From contig JBCBUK010000003.1 of assembly GCA_039818205.1 (NCBI GenBank), positions 224,001-288,000 of the forward strand: a stretch of 64,000 nucleotides of DNA, given 5' to 3'. Below, in pieces: positions 20,531-29,649 of the stretch (the first letter of the stretch is position 1; each line of letters begins with the position of its first letter). The DNA is from Verrucomicrobiota bacterium. Its GTDB lineage: Bacteria; Verrucomicrobiota; Verrucomicrobiia; Opitutales; Cerasicoccaceae. Position numbers and translations under genes: made by a program. The notes under the pieces were generated by a model. The model made no database searches, was not told where the DNA came from, and saw only the letters and a list, made by a program, of their open reading frames with translations.

Positions 20531-21817
20531 ATGGAAGACACTGCTACCATCCGCATCGGTACCGAAAATTATACGTTCCCCATCATTACCGGGACGGAAG
20601 GCGAACGCGCCGTTGATACCCGCAAGCTGAGAGCACTCAGCGGTTGTATCACGTACGACGAGGGCTACGGAAACACTGGTTCGTGTGAGAGTAAGATTAC
20701 TTTCATCGACGGAGAAAAAGGTATCCTGCGTTATCGGGGCATCCCGATCGAGGAGGTCGCCGAAAATTCTAACTTTGTCGAGTCGGCCTACCTGACCATC
20801 TACGGCGAACTGCCGAACAAGGATGAGCTGCGCGAATATTCCCGCCGCATTTTGCGCGGAGCCCCCATTCACGAGGGTATGAAGAACATGTTCGCGGGCT
20901 TTCCCACGAACGCGCACCCGATGGTAATCCTGTCAGCCCTGCTGAATAGCCTTGGCTGTTATTATCCGGATCTCGCAACCAATGACCGCGCCAAGGATCT
21001 TGAACATTTCGACGATGCCGCTGCGACGCTGATCTCTAAGGTTCGCACGGTTGCGGCGATGGGCTACCGGATGAAGCAGGGACTGCCATTTATCTATCCC
21101 AAGCCAGGCTTGGGTTACTGTGCGAACTTCCTGCACATGATGTTCTCTGAGCCATATAGCGATTACGTGCTCCATGACGATGTCGTAAACGCTCTCGATT
21201 TGATTCTTCTTCTGCACGCGGACCACGAGCAAAATTGCTCGACCTCCACGGTTCGCATGGTGGCTTCGGGCGGAGCAAATCTGTTTGCGTCGGTTTCGGC
21301 CGGAGTCTGTGCGCTCTGGGGGCCACTCCATGGCGGTGCGAACATGGCGGTCGTCAAAATGCTGCAAGATATTCACGCTGCAGGTGACGACGGCACAAAG
21401 TTCATCGAGCAAGCGAAGAATGGTGAGACCCGTCTGATGGGTTTTGGCCACCGCGTTTATAAGAATTACGACCCCCGTGCGAAGATCTTGGGCAAGGCCG
21501 CGGAGAAGGTGCTCAACGCGATGAACATCAATGATCCGCTTCTAGACATCGCTCGCCGCTTGGAGCAGAAGGCCTTGGAAGACTCCTATTTTGTCGATCG
21601 CAAGCTCTACCCAAATGTCGACTTCTACAGTGGAATTATTTTGCAAGCGATTGGTTTGCCGCTCGATATGTTCACGGTGATTTTTGCAATCGGCCGGATG
21701 CCCGGTTGGATTGCGAACTGGAAAGAGCTGGCGGAGAGCGGCGCGCGTATTCACCGCCCGCGTCAGATCTACCAAGGTGCCAATGAGCGGCCTTACGTGA
21801 AGATGGAGGATCGCTAG
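20531..21817 (+). CDS. gltA: citrate synthase
   Basis: [35 protein letters not shown] and YPNVDFYSG. Confidence 0.98.
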   Translation: MEDTATIRIGTENYTFPIITGTEGERAVDTRKLRALSGCITYDEGYGNTGSCESKITFIDGEKGILRYRGIPIEEVAENSNFVESAYLTIYGELPNKDELREYSRRILRGAPIHEGMKNMFAGFPTNAHPMVILSALLNSLGCYYPDLATNDRAKDLEHFDDAAATLISKVRTVAAMGYRMKQGLPFIYPKPGLGYCANFLHMMFSEPYSDYVLHDDVVNALDLILLLHADHEQNCSTSTVRMVASGGANLFASVSAGVCALWGPLHGGANMAVVKMLQDIHAAGDDGTKFIEQAKNGETRLMGFGHRVYKNYDPRAKILGKAAEKVLNAMNINDPLLDIARRLEQKALEDSYFVDRKLYPNVDFYSGIILQAIGLPLDMFTVIFAIGRMPGWIANWKELAESGARIHRPRQIYQGANERPYVKMEDR

Positions 21818-21857
21818 GAGCTCTGGTCTTCGGAGCCCGATCCCGGACATGTTTCGC

Positions 21858-21886
21858 CAGGCAGCAAGTTGTTGCCTGTTTTTTTT
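21858..21886 (+). terminator. intrinsic terminator after gltA
   Basis: CAGGCAGC-AAGTT-GTTGCCTG followed by T8. Confidence 0.75.
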
Positions 21887-22005
21887 GTGGGATATTTTCC
21901 AACGAAACAGAAGTGAATTAGCGTTTGTGGCATCCTGAGTGTCTCGACCCCGCTGCAGCAAATTAGCTTGAACAATGATTTCTTCGTCCCCAGTGAATCC
22001 TGACA

Positions 22006-23634
22006 GTGATTCTTGATGACATAGCAGGGCGAACCTTGGCCGGTCTGGGATTTTATTTCCTGGGCGTTGGCGGTATTCGGGCGAGCCTGCAGCAGATTCC
22101 AGGCATGCGGTTTCGCGAGCAGATCGGGCGGGCGACCGCAAATCCGGTATTGTCTGCGATTGTGGGTTTTCTCCTTGGGGCGATTACTCAGACTTCGCTT
22201 GGAGTGGCAGTCATTCTAGCCGGATTAATTTCTCGTGGGATGGTGGCGGTGCGCCAGGCTTTACCCCTGATTGCTTGGTCGAATTTAGGCCTGGTCACTC
22301 TCGTTTTTCTAAACTTCCTGGAGGTGCACGTCTTCGCCATGTTTCTGGTTGGGATCTGTGGAATCTGTATCAATTTTCGCCTCGGTGGTCGGTTTCAGGG
22401 GCTTTTTCCGCCGCTTTATTCGTTGGGGTTGATTCTCGTCGGTTTGTGGATGTTGAAAGTCGCACTGACGCAGTTGGCCAATCACGATGGCTTCGACGAC
22501 ATAATTGTAAATCTACCAGCACCAAACCTCTTGGCATTCGCTTTCGGGGCATTGCTGCGGATTCCTGTACAGTCAAGCTCTGCCGTTGCGGTTATTGGAG
22601 TCATCCTGAATCAGGCTGGAATTTTTACCGAGCAACAGGCGCTCATGGTTTTCTACGGGACGGCAGTCGGAACAGCTGGAGCGGCCTATTTTCTGACGTC
22701 TCACTTCAAGGGAATGATGCGCCAGGTGACGCTGTTTGAGGCGGCGATCAACTTCATCGCAGGCGTCATCCTTATTGGTCTCTTCTATTTGGAGAAGGTG
22801 GCTGGATTCGCGTTCTACCATCAGAATCTTCATGCTATCGCCACGGATACGGCAGGATTCCTGGCATACGCATTTCTTGCTCAACAGGTCCTGGTTGTGA
22901 TCGTGGCCTACATTTTCCTCAAGCCGATCATTCGCTTTCTTAGTTCGACGGTGCCGACAACGGTGGAGGAAGATCTATCTCATCCGAGGTTTATTCATGA
23001 CCAAGCGGTTTATGATATCGAAACCGGTTTGACCCTGGCTCGACAGGAAATTCGAGGAGTCGTAGAACGCATGCCGAACTATCTTTCAGGTATCCGCGAC
23101 GAGGGTCGGGAGGTGCCCACAAAATCTTTGGCGATATGGCATCAGTCTTCGCAGGTAGTTATAAAGGAGATTGAGGCGTTTCTCGGTGCACTATCGAACA
23201 AGCGCGTGAAGTCGCGCGATGCCTCGGTGCGTTTGTTGCGCACACAGCAGCAGCTTGATCATCTCGATACTGTCGAGACTGCGCTGGAGCGATTTGTTCG
23301 TTCCCAGGAGGGGCTGCGCCAATTGCCGCAGTTTACGGCACTCTCGCATAATTTGACCGAGTCGCTGGACGCGATTCTCATTTCTGTGATTGAAGCGTCG
23401 GCCCAAGATCCTGATGATCTAAAACTGATCATTGGTATTACTGCGAAACCCGGCGAGCGTGCGGATCTCCTGCGCCAGCGATTCTTGAACGATGATGGGA
23501 ATTTGGATCACGAGCAGCGTGCGCTTGCAATCAACGCTATTACCCGACACGAGCGCGTTATTTGGTCGATCCATGAATGGGCGCAGTCCTTGCTCGACCA
23601 GATGCCCGCCAAGCCTTTAAACAACAAATCATGA
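22006..23634 (+). CDS. Na/Pi cotransporter (NptA/YjbB-like) family protein
   Basis: Two QSSS-type repeats (ITQTSLG, PVQSSSAV), multi-TM N-terminus and a helical PhoU-like C-terminus. Confidence 0.82.
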   Translation: MILDDIAGRTLAGLGFYFLGVGGIRASLQQIPGMRFREQIGRATANPVLSAIVGFLLGAITQTSLGVAVILAGLISRGMVAVRQALPLIAWSNLGLVTLVFLNFLEVHVFAMFLVGICGICINFRLGGRFQGLFPPLYSLGLILVGLWMLKVALTQLANHDGFDDIIVNLPAPNLLAFAFGALLRIPVQSSSAVAVIGVILNQAGIFTEQQALMVFYGTAVGTAGAAYFLTSHFKGMMRQVTLFEAAINFIAGVILIGLFYLEKVAGFAFYHQNLHAIATDTAGFLAYAFLAQQVLVVIVAYIFLKPIIRFLSSTVPTTVEEDLSHPRFIHDQAVYDIETGLTLARQEIRGVVERMPNYLSGIRDEGREVPTKSLAIWHQSSQVVIKEIEAFLGALSNKRVKSRDASVRLLRTQQQLDHLDTVETALERFVRSQEGLRQLPQFTALSHNLTESLDAILISVIEASAQDPDDLKLIIGITAKPGERADLLRQRFLNDDGNLDHEQRALAINAITRHERVIWSIHEWAQSLLDQMPAKPLNNKS

Positions 23635-24299
23635 CCACAGAAACACCAACCTCAGTATTACGAAAACTGTTCTCCGGCAATGCGTCCTTTGTCGCAAATC
23701 AGGAGCCACAGCAGTTTGAGGCGTTCCAACACGAGCAGCATCCGTCCGTTACACTGTTGACCTGCTGTGATTCGCGCTTGCAGACCAATGTATTTAACGA
23801 GGATCCAACGGATTCAATGTTTGTCATTCGCAATATCGGCAATCAGCTGACCGTGAATTGTGGATCGATTGACTATGGCATCCGTCACCTGCAAACGCCG
23901 GTTTTTCTGATTTTGGGCCATACGCGCTGTGGCGCAGTTAAGGCGGCAATGGGTGATTATCGCAATGAGCCGCTGCATATTGTCGAGGAGCTCAATGGTC
24001 TGCATTTGCCCCTGCAGGGCTGTTCGCATGAAGGTGACGAGGAAGCGCAATGGCTAGAAGCGGTTGAGCGTAACGTCCACTACCAGGTCGAGCTTGGCCT
24101 GCGGCGTTTTCGTAGCCGGGTCGATGAGGGGAAGCTCGTTGTTATCGGTGCGGTTTATGATTTTGCGAACCTCTATGAGAGCGGATGCGGTCGAATTCAC
24201 CTGATTAATATCAATGGGACCAGCGAGAGAGAAGTGATTCAAGGGTCGCCGATTTTGTCTGGGCTAGACCCGGCAATTATTGCGGATATCCTCTCGTAG
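23631..24299 (+). CDS. beta-class carbonic anhydrase
   Basis: Zn ligands CCDSR (CxDxR) and GHTRCGAV (HxxC), plus RNIGN. ATGA overlap with the upstream gene. Confidence 0.92.
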   Translation: MTTETPTSVLRKLFSGNASFVANQEPQQFEAFQHEQHPSVTLLTCCDSRLQTNVFNEDPTDSMFVIRNIGNQLTVNCGSIDYGIRHLQTPVFLILGHTRCGAVKAAMGDYRNEPLHIVEELNGLHLPLQGCSHEGDEEAQWLEAVERNVHYQVELGLRRFRSRVDEGKLVVIGAVYDFANLYESGCGRIHLININGTSEREVIQGSPILSGLDPAIIADILS

Positions 24300-24954
24300 G
24301 GAGCGGGCTGCCTAGTGGGCATTGGACAAAGGTGTCCGCTGGCTTGGTTTTGGCCGGGCCACCTTTTGTTAGTGGTTCGTGCTCGTACACAGTAGAACTA
24401 TCGGATCACCCGACCGTATCCGATTTCTCGTTCTCCTGTACCTTTTTATTGCCGGATTGGTGACCGCTGAACTTTGAGGACTTCCTCCTGGTCGCGGTAG
24501 GCAACTTTGAAACTCGCCCGTGTTGGCGGGAGCTTATTGGGGGATTAACGTGCCGGCACCGCGGGAAATGCTTGTTCCCACGCGGCTTCGAAGCTTGGTC
24601 TTATTTCGAGTTGTCTGCGAGAACGGTCGCAATGTAGTTAGAGCGATTGCGATTCTCTTTCGCGGCCAATTCGTCAATCCGATTTACTAGCTCTTGTGGT
24701 AAGCTGATCGAAATCTGGGTCTTACCATTTTTTTTACTAGTTTTAGCTACTTTTTTTGTACGTCTTGCCATTGCTTACTGATTGGTTTATTTTATTTAAC
24801 GAAGTTTAGAAATATTAAGAATGGTTTATAATGGTTCTGGATTTTTGATAAATGTCAATCAAAAACGTTAATTTTATCCCATTACATTTGATTGTTTAGA
24901 ATGTTTGTTAAATGGAGTGTATTGGTGGGTTAATAGTGGGAAGCATTCATTGAA

Positions 24955-25359
24955 ATGATCCAAAATTACCGAAGTAGACATTCTCTTCCTGTTGGTATTC
25001 GTGAGGCCGTTAATTACCGCTTATATCCTGTATTTAACAACGGTTCGACCGAGCTCGATTTCGAGTTTGATCACGGATTACTTCTAGGGAGAATACACTG
25101 GATTCAGTCACTATCTGATTGGTTCCATTTAATTGATGAAGATGATCGAGAACACTATTTGCTTAATCTAGAACAAGCGTATGAGGCAGATTACTTAATT
25201 TCAGCATATAGGGTTCATATTAATAAAAATTCAGAGTATTGGATAATTGATTATGCCGAATGCGGCATGGGCGATTCAGATTACATACAGGGAACCATTC
25301 TTTTGGCCGAAAGCATCGACGATGTGGCCAGGGTTATGAAGAAGTTCGTTGGTAAGTAG
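24955..25359 (+). CDS. stand-alone PAS-fold-like protein (134 aa)
   Basis: WFHLIDEDDREHY...YRVHINKNSEYWIIDYA...IQGTI resembles the PAS_3/PAC pattern (W..IHPDDRE; YR...G...WI.D). The gene is AT-rich. Confidence 0.6.
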   Translation: MIQNYRSRHSLPVGIREAVNYRLYPVFNNGSTELDFEFDHGLLLGRIHWIQSLSDWFHLIDEDDREHYLLNLEQAYEADYLISAYRVHINKNSEYWIIDYAECGMGDSDYIQGTILLAESIDDVARVMKKFVGK

Positions 25360-25452
25360 TTTCTGTATAGGGTTTTAAAGACTTCTTAGGGTCTTGTCCT
25401 ATAATTGAATCTACCTTTCTTATCGGTTCTAAACCGTACGACCTAAGTCCAA

Positions 25453-28400
25453 TTATTGAAAATCTGCAGTGGATAACTGGAGTGCTTGATTGGTCATTTT
25501 TGCCAAGTCACGGTGTAAACTATCCCAGTCACTGTTGATATTCGATTCTCGAATGGATTCGATCAGTGACACGATTGAATCGTTTGGAAACATGCGAGCC
25601 GCTGGTGTCATGTCGTGGAGAATGTCGCGGATTTGATCCTGATCCTGTGTTTTTGACGCTGCTTCAATTCGATCGCAGAATTCGACTAGTGTGGCGCGCA
25701 GTTCGTCCATCAACTCACGGAGCTTATCCGGGTCTCCTTCGGCCAGGTAGGCGAGTGCGTTCCAAGCGTCATTTTTAGGTGCCGAAGGCTTAGGTGGTTT
25801 AGTGGATTGTTTGCGTCCGGTTTCGACCGCGGTCAGAAGCTCGGTGGGCGAGAACGGTTTGGGGACAAAACCGGTGACGCCGGCTTGGACGATGCGGGGG
25901 CGGTCGTTGTCGGCGACATAGGCGCTCATTGCGATAATTGGGCGGGCTTTGTGGGCCTCGATGGCTCGAATGTCGCGGGCGAGCTCGACTCCGTTTTTGT
26001 CCGGGAGGTTGACATCGACAAGAATGAAGTCCCACTCGCGATCGTTGAGACGTTCCATCGTTTCCTGGGCGGTGCCCGTCATGGTCACCGACGCACCGAC
26101 GTTTTCAAGAATACCTCGGACGACCATTTGATTGTAGGGCTCGTCCTCAACGACCAGGACAATTGAACCGCGCAGGGCTTCTCCATTGGGATTCTCCTGA
26201 TGGGGCTGACTCTCGCTGAGTGGCGCCAAGGTTTGCATGGGGACCTGGACGCGAAACTGAGTTCCGCTTGAATCGGTTTTCTCGAGACTCAACTTGCCAC
26301 CCAGGAGCTTGCTCAGGCGATCTGCGATGCTTAGTCCGAGGCCAATGCCCTTGGTCATCGAGGTGACATTGGAGCCCTGCTGAAACTGCTCAAATATCTT
26401 ATCCTGAGCCTCGGGTGGGATGCCTTTGCCGGTATCCTCGACGAGAAAATCCAACCGAATGCGGTCGTTGCGGTCAGTGGCTTCCCAAAATGCATGGACA
26501 CTTACGGATCCGTCATCGGTAAACTTGATCGCATTGGAGGTCAGGTTGAAGAGAATCTGTTTGAGTTTACCGGAGTCGCCATGGAGCGGCGGGCAAGAGT
26601 CGAAGTGGCGAATCACTTCCAATCTCAGGCCTTTGTCGGTCGCCAATCGACTATGGAGTGAGTTCAACTCGCCGAGGACATTCTCCAGCTCAAATGATCC
26701 TTCGATAATTTTGACCTGTCCATTCTCGATCGCCGCGAAGTCGAGCATGCCGTCCAGTAGGATCTTCAACTGCTCGGCGGTCGAAAGCAGGTGGTTCATC
26801 CGATTGTCCGGCTTCTTCTTACGCTCATCAATCATCAGGTGAGCCAGCCCAACGATTCCGTTCATCGGATTGCGGATCTCGTGGCTTACGTGCGCGAGGA
26901 AGCGATTCTTTGATGTGTTGGCCTGCGCAAGGCGGATGTTCATACGTTCGAGTTCAATGGTGCGACTGCGAACGGCATCTTCCAATGCGACGTTGGCGGT
27001 GCGCAGGCGTCGGGTGCGCCACTGGACAAAGGTAAATACGAGGGCGATGCCGATAGCCGTGAAGACCGCGTAGGCGAGGGCAGTCCGATACCATGGTGGT
27101 AAGACGGTGAACGGTATCGCCGCCACAAGCTTGGTCGGTTGGCCATCGATAATGCCGCGCACCTCAAACTGATAATCGCCTTCCCGAATGTTGGTGTATT
27201 CCTTGAACGGGTTTGAGTTCGGCTTACTCCAATTGCTTTCAAAGCCCACTAGGCGAGTCTGGTACTCCATGGATTTCGTGCCGTAATAGGGTAACGAAAA
27301 TTCAAAGGCGGCTTGCTGCAATGGATAGCTTATTTTTTCCATGGACTCGGCTCGTTGCTCCTGCGTTTGTCCTTCGTCATCAACGAAAATCTCGTTGAAG
27401 AATTTTGCTTCCGAAATGATCGGTCGCCGGTTGAGGTCGTTCGGTACCTTGCTAAGATCTTCCCGAATGATTCCACCGCTGCCACCAAACCACGCCGTGT
27501 TATTATCTTGCTCGACAAAGATACAGTGTAGCGGTGATAGGACATTTACGCCGTCGGAAGCGACTTCGGTGTAGGTCGGCGCTCCATTCTCGGCCGACCT
27601 ATCGATCTTCGCCAATTGGTTTTTCTCTAAGTCCGCGTCCGGGTAAGCAATCCAAACAGCTCGGTCATTGTTAAAGAAATTGGTCGAGTAAGGGTCTTTG
27701 CCGAGATCGCTTGGCGAGTCGGGGACTTGTCTCCATTCGAGGTCAGAATGACTTTGATAGAATACGCCAGCATTGGTTATCGCCAGTAGTACCCCGTCGA
27801 GGTTGGTGGTATATGCCCAGATGAATGCTTCCCCGTTCTCGGGGTTGTTGACGGGCTCGTAAGTTGGGGTGAGCTCAAGGTCCTCAATGTCGCGTGCCAT
27901 GGCACGCTGTAAGCCTGCATCAACCGACCCAAAGTAATAGTAGCTGTCATAGCCATAATCAATGGTCCACATGTTTCCGGGAAATGGCTTCTCGGCAATG
28001 ATCTCAATGGTGTCATCCACCCACTGGCCGATCATAAAGTTTTTGTAGGAGGTGATGTAGAGCAGGTCTGCTGTCTCAGAAAAGCTAACGGTGCTGATGT
28101 CTTGGTTGTACTCGAAGAGCTTTACCAATCCATCTCCCGATGTTAGATCGATTCCGTCTGCTCGGCAGAATAGGACACCTTTGTCGGTTCGCTCCATCGT
28201 CCATCCAGGAGAGCGGTTTTCTCCCAAACGATCCCATGAATGCGGAAGTAACTGTTCTTCTCGTGGGCGCAGCTCATAAATTCCAGTGAACCCACCAGCA
28301 TACTTGCGCCCTTCAAACTCATTGATGTCTAAGATGTATCCCGAATCGAGACCTTGATCATTGTTGAACTTAGTCCACGACTTCGGGTTTGTTATGCAGC

Positions 28401-29388
28401 TAATTCCGCTTTCGTGGCATGCCCAGATGTTCCCATCTTTGTCCTCAAACAAATCGAAAACGATATTGCTAAGCAGTCCTTCATTCTCCGTCCATCGAGT
28501 GACGAATTTACCGTCGCGGTCGAAAATGAGGATTCCTAAACTGTGGATCGACGAAGCAAAAAGACCATCTTCAAGTTCAATTGTTTTATATATTAACTGC
28601 TCTTTTGCAGCAGGTGTTATGTCGGTTTTAAAAGCCTCAAGTTTGTTGTCTTCAAACTTGTAAAAACCATTCCGAAAGGTGCTAAGAATTTCTACGCCTT
28701 CATTTGGTTTCGAAATGAAATTGATGGCATCATCGCCAATCTCTTCTTTGTCTATGATGACCGGAAACCCTTTTTCGATTATTTGCCGTATACCAACGCC
28801 GCGTTGGCTAATCAGTGGGCCTGCCTGAGAGTTGTGCAGGGTAATGCGTCGCGCAGTGGGAAAGGGGAAGACTTCGATTTCACCATCGGTATATAGCACC
28901 AGGTGTTCTTCGGCAACAAACGCAATAATTTCGCCGATCGGTACTACCTGCCATATCGTTCCTAGTTGCAGGTCGGGATTTGGGAGTTCAGGGATTAAGG
29001 AGTGATAGTCACTGATCTTTCCGTTTGAGATATCGAAGTATCCTAACTCGTTATTCCCTCCAATCCATATTCGATCGCCATTGCCAATGTATAGGGTCCT
29101 GACGGTCGAGCCCGTCCTGTGTTGTCTCCAGGTCACGCCATCAAACTCTAACAAGCCATCGTTGTTAGCAAAGAACAGACGGCCATCGTCGCTTTGAGCG
29201 GCTTGCCAGTTGCGTCCGTCCGAACGAGTCCTCTCTGCTGGGAAGGATTGTATTGTGGGAGCTCCAAGGTCGCGCGCAAAGCACGAACCGGCAATGGTCT
29301 GCCAGATGATAAGCAGGCCCCAAAATATGGGTGTATGCTGTCCTTTTAAAAAAGTCACCGTCTTGCTACTTTGATCGCGTAGTCTCAT
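25453..29388 (-). CDS. hybrid sensor histidine kinase (periplasmic beta-propeller + Y_Y_Y, TM, HisKA, HATPase, REC, Hpt-like)
   Basis: Propeller repeats (DGRLFFANNDGLLEFDG, EDKDGNIW), Y_Y_Y (YQTRLVGF...YTNIREGDYQFEV), TM (WYRTALAYAVF), H-box (SHEIRNPMNG), N/G boxes (NAIKFT, DTGKGI, GIGLGL), receiver (VVEDE...DVNLP...KPF) and C-terminal ILHDM. Confidence 0.95.
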   Translation of the reverse strand: MRLRDQSSKTVTFLKGQHTPIFWGLLIIWQTIAGSCFARDLGAPTIQSFPAERTRSDGRNWQAAQSDDGRLFFANNDGLLEFDGVTWRQHRTGSTVRTLYIGNGDRIWIGGNNELGYFDISNGKISDYHSLIPELPNPDLQLGTIWQVVPIGEIIAFVAEEHLVLYTDGEIEVFPFPTARRITLHNSQAGPLISQRGVGIRQIIEKGFPVIIDKEEIGDDAINFISKPNEGVEILSTFRNGFYKFEDNKLEAFKTDITPAAKEQLIYKTIELEDGLFASSIHSLGILIFDRDGKFVTRWTENEGLLSNIVFDLFEDKDGNIWACHESGISCITNPKSWTKFNNDQGLDSGYILDINEFEGRKYAGGFTGIYELRPREEQLLPHSWDRLGENRSPGWTMERTDKGVLFCRADGIDLTSGDGLVKLFEYNQDISTVSFSETADLLYITSYKNFMIGQWVDDTIEIIAEKPFPGNMWTIDYGYDSYYYFGSVDAGLQRAMARDIEDLELTPTYEPVNNPENGEAFIWAYTTNLDGVLLAITNAGVFYQSHSDLEWRQVPDSPSDLGKDPYSTNFFNNDRAVWIAYPDADLEKNQLAKIDRSAENGAPTYTEVASDGVNVLSPLHCIFVEQDNNTAWFGGSGGIIREDLSKVPNDLNRRPIISEAKFFNEIFVDDEGQTQEQRAESMEKISYPLQQAAFEFSLPYYGTKSMEYQTRLVGFESNWSKPNSNPFKEYTNIREGDYQFEVRGIIDGQPTKLVAAIPFTVLPPWYRTALAYAVFTAIGIALVFTFVQWRTRRLRTANVALEDAVRSRTIELERMNIRLAQANTSKNRFLAHVSHEIRNPMNGIVGLAHLMIDERKKKPDNRMNHLLSTAEQLKILLDGMLDFAAIENGQVKIIEGSFELENVLGELNSLHSRLATDKGLRLEVIRHFDSCPPLHGDSGKLKQILFNLTSNAIKFTDDGSVSVHAFWEATDRNDRIRLDFLVEDTGKGIPPEAQDKIFEQFQQGSNVTSMTKGIGLGLSIADRLSKLLGGKLSLEKTDSSGTQFRVQVPMQTLAPLSESQPHQENPNGEALRGSIVLVVEDEPYNQMVVRGILENVGASVTMTGTAQETMERLNDREWDFILVDVNLPDKNGVELARDIRAIEAHKARPIIAMSAYVADNDRPRIVQAGVTGFVPKPFSPTELLTAVETGRKQSTKPPKPSAPKNDAWNALAYLAEGDPDKLRELMDELRATLVEFCDRIEAASKTQDQDQIRDILHDMTPAARMFPNDSIVSLIESIRESNINSDWDSLHRDLAKMTNQALQLSTADFQ

Positions 29389-29432
29389 TGAAGATTACAC
29401 TAATCAACATCCAACACACAAAAGCATCAATA

Positions 29433-29552
29433 ATGAAAAAAATACTCACTGCGTTCTTCGAAACCGTAAAATACAATCTCGGTTATCGTTCCAGCGCTGA
29501 TCTACCCGCAGTAGAAACCAAGGCATGGCCTTCGTTCCCTTGCGGATTCTAA
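29433..29552 (+). CDS. candidate RiPP precursor peptide (39 aa)
   Basis: MKKILTAFFETVKYNLGYRSSADLPAVETKAWPSFPCGF. The ATG follows an A-rich, unstructured leader like other genes here. It is co-oriented with and 97 nt upstream of the YcaO gene, and has a Ser/Cys-containing C-terminal segment. Confidence 0.75.
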   Translation: MKKILTAFFETVKYNLGYRSSADLPAVETKAWPSFPCGF

Positions 29553-29589
29553 GACCGGGTTAAGCAAACGTCATTACTGCTGCAAAGCG

Positions 29590-29622
29590 GTGCCGCTGCC
29601 CCTTCAGACCGGGCAGCGGCAC
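29590..29622 (+). other. 12-bp GC-rich stem-loop between the precursor and YcaO genes
   Basis: Perfect stem GTGCCGCTGCCC-CTTCAGACC-GGGCAGCGGCAC. Only TT follows, so it is not a full U-tract terminator on +. Confidence 0.8.
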
Positions 29623-29649
29623 TTAAATAAACAAAACAAATAAATCCTA

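Noticed and set aside
29331..29432. N-terminal extension of the peptide ORF (73-aa version in the track)
   Set aside because: It starts at a GTG inside the oppositely oriented kinase gene. ATG 29433 has a typical A-rich initiation context.
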